DNA of 63,256 bases, the filler included, from Cercozoa sp. M6MM (Eukaryota > Protista > Endomyxa: Ascetosporea): the NCBI GenBank assembly GCA_040357565.1. It is 10 parts of 10 records of this genome, joined end to end, with 100 filler letters (N's around TTAATTAATTAA, not from the genome) between each part and the next. Parts side by side here need not be neighbours in the genome. Positions count along the whole stretch, not along the records: positions 12,216 to 17,381 come from JBDODJ010000959.1; positions 17,482 to 20,654 come from JBDODJ010001573.1; positions 20,755 to 24,135 come from JBDODJ010001483.1; positions 24,236 to 48,420 come from JBDODJ010000159.1; 6 more parts are not named here. One strand, 5' to 3'. The stretch's first letter is position 1. Each line of letters opens with the position of its first letter. This document shows, piece by piece, positions 12,306 through 25,761 of the stretch. Below the pieces are notes generated by a model. It was given only the letters and a program-made list of their open reading frames with translations. It had not been told where the DNA came from and did no database searches. A program made the position numbers and the translations under genes.

Positions 12306-13818
12306 GCTACCGCGAGGCGGAGATGCTGCCTGGGCTCACTCGCCGCTCCTAGAGGTCCCTTACTGTTCGTATTTATGTATATATATCATATAGACTATCT
12401 ATATGTATTTTTTAAATAGACTATATGTATGTGTATAGGTGGACGACGAAGTGCAGACTTGGGAAGAGTTACATCAGGCACTCCAAGGTAGCCCCCCCCC
12501 CCACCCATCACACCTGCTTGTACTCGCTCTTTCGATGGCAGCTGCTGTGGGCGATGACACCTACGAGGCATACCAACAGTGGTACGACCTCGAGGGGTTC
12601 TCGGGTATTCTTGCCACTCGGACTTGGGTTCTTCGGAGGGGGATAAGATACCCCACGCCCTCTGTGCAGAGGAAGAGTTCGATGAAAGCGTGCGTCAGTG
12701 GAGCAACCCGCTGCGATCGTACGCTTTGAGTGCTAACTCACCTGAAGGTTTGTGTATGTAGCACACGCGTACTTTATAGGTCCCTCCCGGCTGCTGGAAT
12801 CAATTACTACTGTGCCTACGGTGTTGACAATCTAGCCGAGAATGGCTACACCTATGTACTGCCTTTTTCGTGTCACGAGTGTCCACCTTGGCTGCCTTCT
12901 TCATGTTCCCCATGTGATTCTCAGGGCAAGAAGCAGACCGGTGGCGGTGTTGCCGAAATCATTAGTCGCGATGACAAGGTGCGCGGACTGTCGCGCGGTG
13001 TCTTTGAGGACCACGGCGACGGCACTGTGCCGCTCGACTCGCTGGGTGCTATGGTACGCCCCCTCGTCCCCACCCCCGTGTGACCTTCTGTGTGGCAGTG
13101 CCGCCTGTGGCAGCTCGGTCTGCAAGGCGACCAGAGCGACCGGTGGCAGCGACTGTCGCAGAAGGAACGTGACCTGCTGAAGCGTTGGACCGTGCCCTCT
13201 TCCCTTCTCCTATTCTTCCCCCTTTGCCTGTCATGCCCCATACCATGATGGACAGGAGGACGCCAAGCAAGCCGGCGCCAACGTGCACAGCTGGGAGTTC
13301 AAGCACCGTCCGTCCACGCTGTTTGACGCGTCGTACTGGCGACACGTCGGTCCTGTCGACGCTGCCGTTCGCGGTGGCCCGCTGACTGCCGATCACGTCG
13401 ATATCCTGGTACTTGCACCATGAGCACTTCCGACCGGGCTGACTCGCTTTCTGACTGACTCACTCACTATCTGCTGAATGAATGACTGACTGACTAATGG
13501 GCTGACTGATTGCCAGGGTAACTGGCCGCTGTTGGAGAACATTCTCAAGATCGCCACCCGACCCAAGGTCTGCCTTCTCTATGATGCTCTGATCTTTGAT
13601 CGATGTCTACAGTATCAAACTTGCCTTTTTTGTTCATGACTGAGTAGGAAGCGCAGCCGCTGGGTGATGTGCTGCACACCGATATCTGGGACCGAGCCAT
13701 GGCGCTACTGCGCCGTGTGGCCTTTCCGTCGGGCACCCTGCCGGTGGCAACAACGACGTCGACGCCGTCTGACAACACCAACTTAGAACCATTAGAAAAC
13801 CTGAAGACGCATCTTTAA
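12306..13818 (+). CDS. Phospholipid:diacylglycerol acyltransferase (PDAT/LRO1, LCAT family), 5' partial
   Basis: WSNPL, YCAYGV, DHGDGTVPLDSLG and RGGPLTADHVDILGN motifs across spliced exons. Confidence 0.88.
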
Positions 13819-13962
13819 CTACCTCCTACATGATGAGAATACTGACGGTGCTGGCGCCTGCGGGAGCCGGCTGAAACTTACTGAGTTGAGTGTACGGGAA
13901 AGCAAAACGGGGCAATCCTCAGGGTGCTAATTGGGCTCGCATACGTGTGCACAGAAGCTATA

Positions 13963-15837
13963 ATGTCTAGCGTCTCGTCAGAGCACGAGATCGGCACAGT
14001 GTGGGTGCGTTGTTTGCTAAAAAAGCAAGGAGATCGGCTGCTCGGCGGTGATGGTTTGGTTGGCAACCGTCGCATGCAAGTGATCGTGGATGACGAGACG
14101 GTGCGATTGATGGCCAAGGACGCGGCCACTGGCGTGCCGGTCGTGCACCGCGTGATTCCACTCGCCCCGATCCTCACGGTACCAGACAAACCATGCACAG
14201 CACCTTCTGTTTAAGTTGCTTGGCAGGTCGGCGTTGACGGACGAGTCGTTGCCGAGTACAGTTGCTTTTATTCGTGCATTTCTCTACCCTTTCCCCTTGA
14301 TGTGTTTAGGTGGCCGCTGCAGCACTTCAGTTTCGATTTTACGGACGCATCGGCCGCACAGGTACCCCCCCCCCAATCTGGGTATTCACAGGAAGTGCCT
14401 GTGCAGAGGTTTGCTGACGTCGTATCTCGCACGCCTGTCAGTGTCACCAGTGTACATACACTGCAGTGTTTCTTTCTTTCTTGTCTTTTTATTGTGTGTG
14501 GACTTACTTGAATTCGATACTGTCAGAGCAAGGAGGAGAGAGGCGGTGATGTCGCCTTGCTCACGGCCGAAAATCCGGCGCTTGCTCTTCGCACACTCAC
14601 GACGCTGCGTGATGCCATGACGGTAGGTCTCCTATACCTCTGTATGTATATAATACATTCTATGTCTGTAATAGGTTATGTGTATATATGTGTGTGCTTG
14701 CCAGGGCGACACTGAAGTCGATCGTTCCTTTCTCGGACTGTTGCAAGGCGAGGGTCCCATGGACTGGGAGGTATGCGTACCCCTTGTGCTCTTCCAGTTG
14801 TCGTGCTCCCTACAGGATGAGTTGCCTCGGCGCAGGAACTCGTGCGTGCGCGCGAGTCAGTGCTGCCACGAGCGGTGGCGTCGCTGCTGCTGCGCAGCGA
14901 GATCGACGGCGACACGCATGCCACGGCCGTCGAGGTGCTCCTCATGTTCGCCTGTTTGGATGGTATCCTCTTTTACATCTTTCTACCCTACCTACCACCT
15001 ACCTACATCCCACCTACCTGCTACCTACCTACCTACCTACCTACCTCCTACCTACCTACCTACCTACCTACCTACCTACCTACCTACCTACCTACCCCCC
15101 TACCTACCTACCTACCTGGTAGACTGCGGCAGCTTGGTGGCCACAGCACTGCTCTGCGAGAACACGGTGCGCGCGCTGCTGCACGTGCCGCGTCGTGCAC
15201 GCTCTGGTACACACTGCCGTAGCCACACTGTAGCCACGCAGTAGTCACAGTGTAGACATATTATTGTCGTGATATTCTTGTGTAGCCACACTCTCATGTT
15301 GTGTTGCGATGTAGGAACACGACGAGACAGAGAACTCGACGAGTTGGAGTCGCAGTGTGAAGAAACTGATGGGTACCGGGATTTAGGGTAGGAGAGGTAC
15401 AAAGTAAGGGAGGTAAGGGGTCTACAGCCACCTGTCACTGACGGACGCAGACGAGGTCGACGTGGAAGTGCTGGAGGCACGCATGCTGAACCGACTCGGA
15501 CTGACCTCGCTGGTCGCACAGCATGCCTCGCTGGCCGAGGTATACCTCTTACCCTTCTTTTTCCCCTTCTCGTTTACCCTCACTTACAGTTGGCCGCAAT
15601 CCCTGCGCCGACAAAAAAGTTTGCGATCGCTGCTCTGCGTCTGTTCATGTGCGACTTTGGTACGTTCTTTGTGATGGCCTGTTTCTGCGCTCTCTCTTAT
15701 TTTGGATGGTTGGGGTGCACAGGAGAGGCACTGCAGCGAGTGGCCTGTCGGTGCTTTGGACTGATGCTGCTGGCCTGGCGTGCGCGCGCGCGTCTCGTCG
15801 CTCTGCACGCTGCTGCCTCGGTTAGTTGCACACACGC

Positions 15838-15889
<52 letters not shown>

Positions 15890-15899
15890 NNNNNNNNNN

Positions 15900-15949
<50 letters not shown>

Positions 15950-17297
15950 TACATGTGTGGATGCATGTGTGCTTGTGTGTACACTGGAACAGGCCTCAGT
16001 GAGTGACTCATCAGTACGGGGACCGTGGTATCAGCCAGGTATTTTACCCTCTGTCTTTTACCCTAACCCTTTTGCCCCGAACCCTTTGCCCCTTTACCCC
16101 CCTCAGAAAAGGAGCAAGAAGAGCACGCAGTCGAAATTCGCGACGACGTGGCCGAAAAATACGTGAAGCAGCGCGATCTGCCCGATGATGTGCCCTGTGC
16201 TTTTGTTGTATCAGGCGGCGTCCGCGCAAATGAGTGATGTGTGACCAGATGGCTTCCGAGATGGAGAGTCTTAACACACTTGTCGACTCGGACAGTCGTG
16301 TGCTGTTCGATCTCGCCGTGATTGCCACTGATGCGGTGTGAGCCTAATCTTCCCCCTTACCCCCGACCTGCCCCTTGCCCTCACCCCTCCTGTCTAACCT
16401 TATCCTTACCCCCTGCCTACTGCTTGCCCTCACCCCCTGCCCCACCTTGGCCACTTGCCCCTTTACCCCTCCCCAGCAGGGTCAGGTGCAAGTGCCGTGG
16501 GACGAATTCGACACGTCAGTCTTCATCGCGCTGTGTCTGCACGATGCGCCTTTTGCCAAACTGGCTGCGTACTTTGCCTTCCTCTTCTTCCTTTTAGCTT
16601 TCTTTATCCTCACGCAGACTGGCTCTCGTAAGTGCCGCCATCCGTGCCTCAGAGGCTGGTAGGCTCCTCCTATCCCATCCCATCCTGCCCCCTGTGACTC
16701 CTTCTACCCCTGTGTGTGTTGTGTCTGCAGAGGGCGTGCAGTACATATTCGAGAGCGACTTGCGCGTGCTGGCCGACGTGCTGCGCGAGGCGGTGCTGGA
16801 ACGATTGGAGCCGTCGATGGTGCCGTCGCTGGCCATGCGGCGACTGCTGTGTGCCCACGTTGTCGACATCTACCGCTACCTTGCCATGTGCCATACATAT
16901 ACCCTTTTGTATATATTATATATGCAGGTATGCTTCTGAGTAAGTGTAAATGTGGTGCAGTAAGTCGCCGCCGCAGCAGACGGTGGCACTGGAGGCGCTG
17001 GACACGGTGCTGCAGCACTGGCGCCACGACCACGAACTCCTGGCACGCGCCAACGACGCCATCGACAACATCCTGCGGCACGCGCGCGCCTCCATCGGTA
17101 GCGCAGATCATACTGGGTATGCCCGTCTTTAATTACACCGTGTCTCAGACGAGGAGGCAGAGGTCCCGATCGCTGTGTCGGCCCACGACGCCGCCATGGA
17201 CGACGCTGCCTTATCGCCGCAGGGCACGCTGTCCTCCGGCACCACCGGCCGCGTCAACTCGTGGTTTTCGCGGGTGGACTCCCACTCCTCTGTCTAG
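13963..17297 (+). CDS. Multi-exon hypothetical protein, possibly an N-terminal PH/EVH1-like domain followed by a helical region
   Basis: About 20 GC-rich exons with GT-AG introns, ending ...VDSHSSV*. The domain call rests on sequence pattern only. Confidence 0.55.
14984..15117 (+). repeat. (CTAC)n intronic microsatellite
   Basis: Tandem CTAC/TACC units visible in the sequence. Confidence 0.95.
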
Positions 17298-17555
17298 CTA
17301 GCCATGATTTCGTCGGAATTAGCCACAATATACTTATTTGGTGTCAGTTTAGTTTGATAGGTCACACACACACACACACACNNNNNNNNNNNNNNNNNNN
17401 NNNNNNNNNNNNNNNNNNNNNNNNNTTAATTAATTAANNNNNNNNNNNNNNNNNNNNNNNNNNNNNNNNNNNNNNNNNNNNGAGAGTATGGGGGTGGGGG
17501 TAGGGAGTATGGGGGTGAGCCATAGGGAGTAGGGAGGGCAGGGGTATAGCACACC

Positions 17556-20490
17556 ATCTGGCGGAAGGTGAGCGGCGTCAGACCGGGCCAGTCGCCGCAG
17601 AACACAGTGGAGCGACACGGCATGTTGACACCGAGGGCCAGAGTGCCCGTGGCCAGCACGACCTTGAGGTTCTTGTTGCGGAACATCGTCTCCACCAGCG
17701 AGCGGTAGTGCTGCGGCATGCCCTCGTGATGCACGCCGATGCCTCTCTCCAGCACGCGCAGCAGCGGGTGCTCCGCGCTGCCCATCTTGCGCACGGCACG
17801 CCACATCCAGTATCGCAACTCGCCTACACCAGGGGGTTAAGGTAGAGAGGGGTAAGGTAGGGGGTATGGGGGACTAGGGGGAGGGGACTATAGGGGGGTA
17901 GAAGGGTGGGTACCAGGGTCCATGTTCTCGCCACGTCGCACCAGCGAGGTCTGATCGCGTGCACGCATCAGGAGTCGTCGCTCCTCGTCGTTCTCATCGA
18001 CAGCCGCACCGGCAGTCTCGTCCTCCAGCATGGCCTGGTCGGACTTCTTGTCCAGCTTGAGTTTCTTGTCGCGCTGCCGCTTGGCCTCCTTCTCGGCCTT
18101 CTTGGCCGCCTTGTCGCGCGCCTTCTGTTCCGTTCTGCCAACACGGGGGTCAGGGGGGGTCAAGGGTCAAGGGTCAAGAAGGGTCAAGGGTCAGGGTGTC
18201 GCACTACCGATCCACACTGGCCACCTTGAGTTCCTCGAGTTCCTCGAGATCCTTGAGCGCCAACTTGGCCAGGTCCTCGCACATCACCTGGGGAGGGGGG
18301 CAAGGGTAAAGGGCAGGGGGCAAAGGGTAGGTGGGCAAGGGTAGGGGGGTAGGGCAAAGGTAGAGGGTAGGGGGCAAAGGGTCTACCGGGTCCAGACAGA
18401 AGACAACGGCCGGCAGTCGCTTCTGACGGTCCAGTTCGGCCAGGAGTTGCAAGAAGTGTCGTCGCAGGTAGGCCTTGTCGTACGGTGTCTTTTCTTCGGT
18501 ACTCTCGGCCGACACCATCTGGGCAGGTTGGGGGGTATGAGGATAGGGGATAGGGGGATGGGGATAGGGGTTTATAAGGACAGGGATAGGGGTTTATAAG
18601 GATAGGGGATAGGGGTGTATAAGGATAGGGGATAGGGGTAAACACTACTGTCATGGCACGCTCCACACGACGCACATGCTTGTCCAGACTCGCCGACACC
18701 TGGGGGGGGGTAGGGTGAGACTAAGGGCTAGGGGATGGGGGGATAAACCTGGTCGATCACGGCCTGCACGAGAGCGTCGTGCTCGTGTAGCCACTGCACC
18801 AGCGTCGCCTTGAGTCGCTGCTCGTACTGCCGCGCCTCGCGCTTGCCAATGTAGCGTGCGCCAAAGTAACGTGTCGGCTCCAGTCTACGGGTAGGGTCAG
18901 AGGGTCAGAGGGTAGGGTCCGAGGGTAGGGTCAGAGGGTCAGAGGGTCAAGAGAGTAGGGTCAGAGGGTCCGAGGGTAGGGTCAGAGAGTAGGACTGGAG
19001 AAACGCATACCCGTCCACCTGTTCGGCCAGTTGGGCAGCCACACTGTCGTCGGCGCGTCGCAGCGCCACCTTCATGGCCTGGTGCACCAGCAGCGAGTCG
19101 TGCGACGAGAACACCACGTCAGGCGGGAAGTCGCCCAGTTCCTTCAGCTTGGCCACGCCGCCTCTACTCGGTGGGGGTAGGGGTAAGGGTAGGGGTAGGG
19201 GGTAGGAGGTTAGGGTAGGGGTAGGGGTAGGGGTAAGCAGTAAATAGGTAGGGGTAGGGGTAGGGGTAGGGGTAGGGGTACAGGGGTAAAGGCAGAGAGA
19301 GTACCCCAGTCCAAAGGCGGCCAGCGGGTGCACCTTGGTGAGCTGCGACGGCGCACTGCGCGCCCATGCCTCATCGGCCACACTGCCGATAGTCAGTGCC
19401 TCGGCCGGCGCCTGCAGCGTACCGTCACCTTGTGGTTTCGGGAAGTAGTCCTGCAGGGGGTTAAGGATACGTAAGGGTTTAAGGATGTGTAAGGGTTTAA
19501 GGGTGCGCAAGGGTTTAAGGATGCGTAAGGGTGCTTAAGTGGGCTCCAACATAGATGCCGGGGAGGGTAGGCCGGTACCTGCGGTGTCTTGGCCGGGTCG
19601 CGAGGCAGGTACATGTCCTTCTCCAAGTCGCTCCAGCGCTCCGTGTGTCGGATCATGCGCACCTCCTGCGCGAACTTGAAGCCCTTGCGTTTGCAGTTCG
19701 CAATGGCACGCAGCCACTCGTGGAACACCGAGGGCTCACCTGTGGGGTAGGGTAGGGGGTAGGGGTAGGATAGGGAGTAGGGTAGGATAGGGCAGGGGGT
19801 AGGGGGTAGGGTAGGATAGGGATAGGAGTAGTAGGGCAGGGGGTAGGTAGGGTAGGATAGAGGTAGGGATAGGGTAGGAAGAGGTAGGGCAGGGGGTAGG
19901 GACAGGGTAGGGCAGGGGTAGGGGCTAGAGCTAGGTGTACCCAGGGTGGCCGACAGAGCCAGGAAGGGACACCGCATGAGCTGCAGGCAGCGCTCCCAGA
20001 TGGCGCCACTGAGCGGCTTGCCGATGCAGTGCACCTCGTCAAAAATGACGTAGCGCAGTCGAGCCGTCCAGTCCTGTCGCTGCTGCCGCAGGAGCACTTC
20101 CTCCAGTGACTCGGGCACCGTGACCAGCACATCGCACTCGAGGAACTTGTGGTCATAGTCAGCAGTCAGTGCACCGAACACTGGTCCATACCGGCGGTAG
20201 ATATCGCCTTCCACCTGGTTCACCAGTGCCTTGGTAGGACACACGTAGACAATGAGTCCGCGGTCCTGCGGTCGCACGCCGGCCTTGCGGTTCTCGAGGA
20301 TCACCTTCTTCATGGCGTAGTAGGACACGAAGGTCTTGCCCGACGACGTGGGTGCCACCACCAGCGCAGAGGCCTGCTCGTCCACCACGTCCAGCAGGTC
20401 GCGCTGCCACTTGTCCGGGTAGAAGCCCTCCACACGTGCGTCCTTGTTCGAGTCCACGTCACGGACCATCAGGTCGCCCACGTGCTTGAG
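17556..20490 (-). CDS. DDX60: DDX60-like SKI2-family DExD/H RNA helicase (partial at both ends)
   Basis: FYPDKWQRDLLDVVD..SALVVAPTSSGKT, IFDEVH, LALSATLG, RWSDLEK, RGIGVHHEGM, TGTLALGVNMPCRS. Confidence 0.85.
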
Positions 20491-20783
20491 CTGGGGGGGG
20501 GGGGGGTAGGATGGGGTGGGACAGGGTAGGGTAGGGTAGGGTAGGGTAGGGCAGGGTAGGGTAGGGCAGGGTAGGGTAGGAAGGGTAGGGTAGGGATAGG
20601 ATAGGGCAGGGTAGGATGGGTCGGGTAGGGTAGGGCAGGATAGGATAGGATAGGNNNNNNNNNNNNNNNNNNNNNNNNNNNNNNNNNNNNNNNNNNNNTT
20701 AATTAATTAANNNNNNNNNNNNNNNNNNNNNNNNNNNNNNNNNNNNNNNNNNNNTCAAGAGCGGAGTAGGGGGAGGGGGGTTA

Positions 20784-22690
<1,907 letters not shown>

Positions 22691-22968
22691 AATTGTGTTT
22701 CGCGCACACTACTACCGCCCAAACACACAGTGGGTCGCGAATAGAACACTCTTCAAAAGAGCGCTGGTTTATAATGAATTGAGTCCATTTGGACGGAGAA
22801 TGACCAGGCTCGATCTTGTGTGGGTTTAGAAACCGGGACGCGCTGTCTGCGAGTGCGCCGCACCAGGGAATCGTCTGAAAGATGCAGGGCGAATCCGGAA
22901 AGAAGGTATAGACGCATCAATCAATTCCTGCGAGCTCGTTCCGATCGTGAGGATCGACGGTGTCAGAA

Positions 22969-23550
22969 ATGCTCGGAGACTGCGTTATTTCGTGTCAGCC
23001 TGTCCACTTTCTTGATGTGTGTGGCATCTGCAGAAGGTAGCCGTTGTGGGCAGCGGCTTGGCTGGTCTCACGGCGGCATGGTTGCTACAGCAGCAGGGTC
23101 ACGAGGTCACTATCTACGAGGTACGCCACACTGCTGCTGGGGGGGGGGGGGGGGGAGGGTGTATGTGCATGTGTGTATGCGACAGAGAGAAAAGTCGCTC
23201 GGAATGGACGCCGCCAGTGCGAATATTGCAGTGGAAGAACGCGTGGCAGGACAGACCACTACGGTACTGTAGCCATGTACACCTACAGTTTCATAGGGAG
23301 GGACATACGCTTGGAGCAACTGGAATGCTTGTCTGTACAGCGCCGAGTCGACGTACCACTGCGCGTGTTCACACCGATGTACTACCCCAACCTGACGGTG
23401 CCTTTTTGTCAGCTTAAATATACCCTCTGTCACATGTGTATGTGTATGTGTATGTGATCAGGCCCTGTACACGGCCGTTGGTATCAAGTTCCGTGCCGAG
23501 GACTACTGCTCAAGTTTCAGCGATGCTGTACTTGCTTGTTAACCTTTACT

Positions 23551-23618
<68 letters not shown>

Positions 23619-24135
23619 GGTGTATCTGTCTGTTCTGTACTTTCCTGTTGCCTGCCACAGACGCACAAGCGCGAGCACCCGTTCGGACAGACGTACTTTG
23701 AGTACCGCAACTGGCTGCTTGGCAAGCTGTCGGTGCCTTTCCTTGGCACGGTACTGTCACATCTTGCTTTTTTATCTTTACTGAGTGTTGATTTGTGTTA
23801 TGTGTGCATATCTGTGTGTCTACACTATGTTTGATACATGTGTGTATGCCTGTATCATGTACGTATGTAGTTATGATCATGCATGGATGTATGGGTGTGT
23901 GTGTGTGTGTGTGTGTGCAGTTGTCTACGGTGCTGCGACCGGGCGCTTGGAGGATCGCGCTCGACTGGTTGCGTTTTACGCGCGTGTCGCTCAAGCGATT
24001 GCAGGTAGCCGTCCTTTGCACACCCTATACCTCCTACCCTACCCCTATCTCTACCCTACTACTTCCCTACAGGACGGCTCGCTGCGCAAGATCACTTTTG
24101 CCGAGTTCTGCGCCGAGCATGAGTTTTCGCAGGAG
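22969..24135 (+). CDS. FAD-dependent oxidoreductase, amine oxidase-like Rossmann fold (3' partial)
   Basis: KVAVVGSGLAGLTAAWLL..VTIYERE..LGMDA; VDVPLRVF..YYPNL. Seven phase-0 introns. Confidence 0.85.
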
Positions 24136-24332
24136 NNNNNNNNNNNNNNNNNNNNNNNNNNNNNNNNNNNNNNNNNNNNTTAATTAATTAANNNNNNNNN
24201 NNNNNNNNNNNNNNNNNNNNNNNNNNNNNNNNNNNTATATATATATATATATGTATAGATATGTATATATAGATATTATATATGTATATAGATAGATATT
24301 ATAGATACATATATGTGTGTGTACATTGGCAG

Positions 24333-24889
24333 TACGCGCAAGGCGACATTGTGTCCTTCAACGTGGCATACTCTCGTCAGGAAGCGTGGCAGGGTGCCTT
24401 CCTTGTCGATACATGTACACACCGGATGGAGGTATGTGTCAATGTGTAGGTGCACAACGTGCCACCCAACTGGCGCGACTCGTGCTGCATGGCGTGCTGG
24501 GCAAGCACACCGACACTGACGCGCAGACTACTGACATTGAGAATACGACTGAAGCCAAGAAGACCACAGCTGAAGCCAAGAAGACTGGAACCAAGAAGGC
24601 TGGAGCTAAGAAGACTAGAGCTCAAAAATCTGAAGCCAAAACGACCGACAGCACCGAAAGTCGGGACGGCGAAAGCGAAAGCGACAGTGGGACCTGGCAC
24701 CTCGATGTCACGGCCGGTGATTTCGCCGGACGACGCTTTGTACTCAGCAGTGACGTCTCTCAGCGCTTCCGGCAGCGACTGCAGCTCAAGAGACGTGTGC
24801 GCTTCGGTAGGGCCTGTTTGCTTTCTCCCTTCCTCTCTCCCCTCCCTCTCCTTCTCCCTCTATCTCTCTCCCTCTCTTCCCTCCTCCTG

Positions 24890-24948
<59 letters not shown>

Positions 24949-25031
24949 CTCTTTCTCTTTCTCTCTATCTTGTTCAATTTTTCAAACTTTGAGCAGAAGC
25001 CAGAGAAAATCAAGTCACGCGTCTTCTCTAA
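24333..25031 (+). CDS. C-terminal gene fragment with a cold-shock/OB-like strand and AKKT-type repeats
   Basis: GDIVSFNVAYS...RAT pattern; EAKKT/GTKKA/GAKKT repeats; (CT)n-containing intron; TAA ends at 25031. Confidence 0.45.
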
Positions 25032-25502
25032 GTTCGGTGCGAGTGATATCGATCAGATTGGTTTAGCGCTACGCATGTGCCGGAGCTATTTCTAAATATA
25101 ACCGAGCGTAGACAGACACCATGCCGAGGCAAGGCGAGCGCAGTTACTGCTGTTGTCGGTTTCAGTTTAAATTTCATGTTCAGGTTGTTTCCTTAAACGG
25201 TAAAACTCTAGAAAGAACTACCCGGACAATTTGTCATTGTAACTAAATGAATAGCAGCTTCGACTGGAAGTTCAGCTGAACTGAACTCAAAGGTTTCGGT
25301 ACCGCTGTAGCCTGAGAATCCCATGGAAACACGAAACTACTCGTTAGCACGCTTCAGGGTGTGGTTTGATGTTCGTTCTCAAGATCGACGTGGTGACTGC
25401 ATTCAGGAAAAACAAGATGTTCGATCGATACCGTATCCGCGCGGAGTGGAGAACCATCGCGGTCCAGCTCTGTCAGTTTTAGTTAACGTCGTATGTAACG
25501 TA

Positions 25503-25636
25503 AGGGAATCTATGTAGTTCCCCTGTACCAGTCCTGGGGTGGGTCACAAGCGCATGGCCGTAATCCACCGCCCGATAGTGTGGGGCCACCCAGGCAGCTC
25601 CCCTTTTGTAGTTCCCATTTCAAGGTTGGTACAGGT
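25503..25636 (-). mobile_element. Dispersed structured repeat, copy A
   Basis: The reverse complement aligns with 59964-60110 (ACCTGYACCAACC..AAAAGGGGAG..CGGCCATGC.CTTGTGACCCACCCCAG..CTGGTRCAGGGGAACTACATAG). Confidence 0.7.
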
Positions 25637-25761
25637 CGTTCGGTTGGCGTCGGGCCTTGAAGAGAATCTCCGGTTTCTGACGTTAGTAGACTGAACTCGA
25701 ACTATCAAACAAACGCAATTGCTCGGATTCGCCGGTCAACGCAAGCGAAGGAAAATGCAAA

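Noticed and set aside
14963-14970. U12-type donor GTATCCTC
   Set aside because: Imperfect match, no TCCTTAAC branch site, and GTAY donors are common here.
25503-25636. SECIS element for the upstream same-strand RlmN gene
   Set aside because: I found no in-frame TGA in the spliced RlmN, the apical region is far too large, and the element recurs at unrelated loci.
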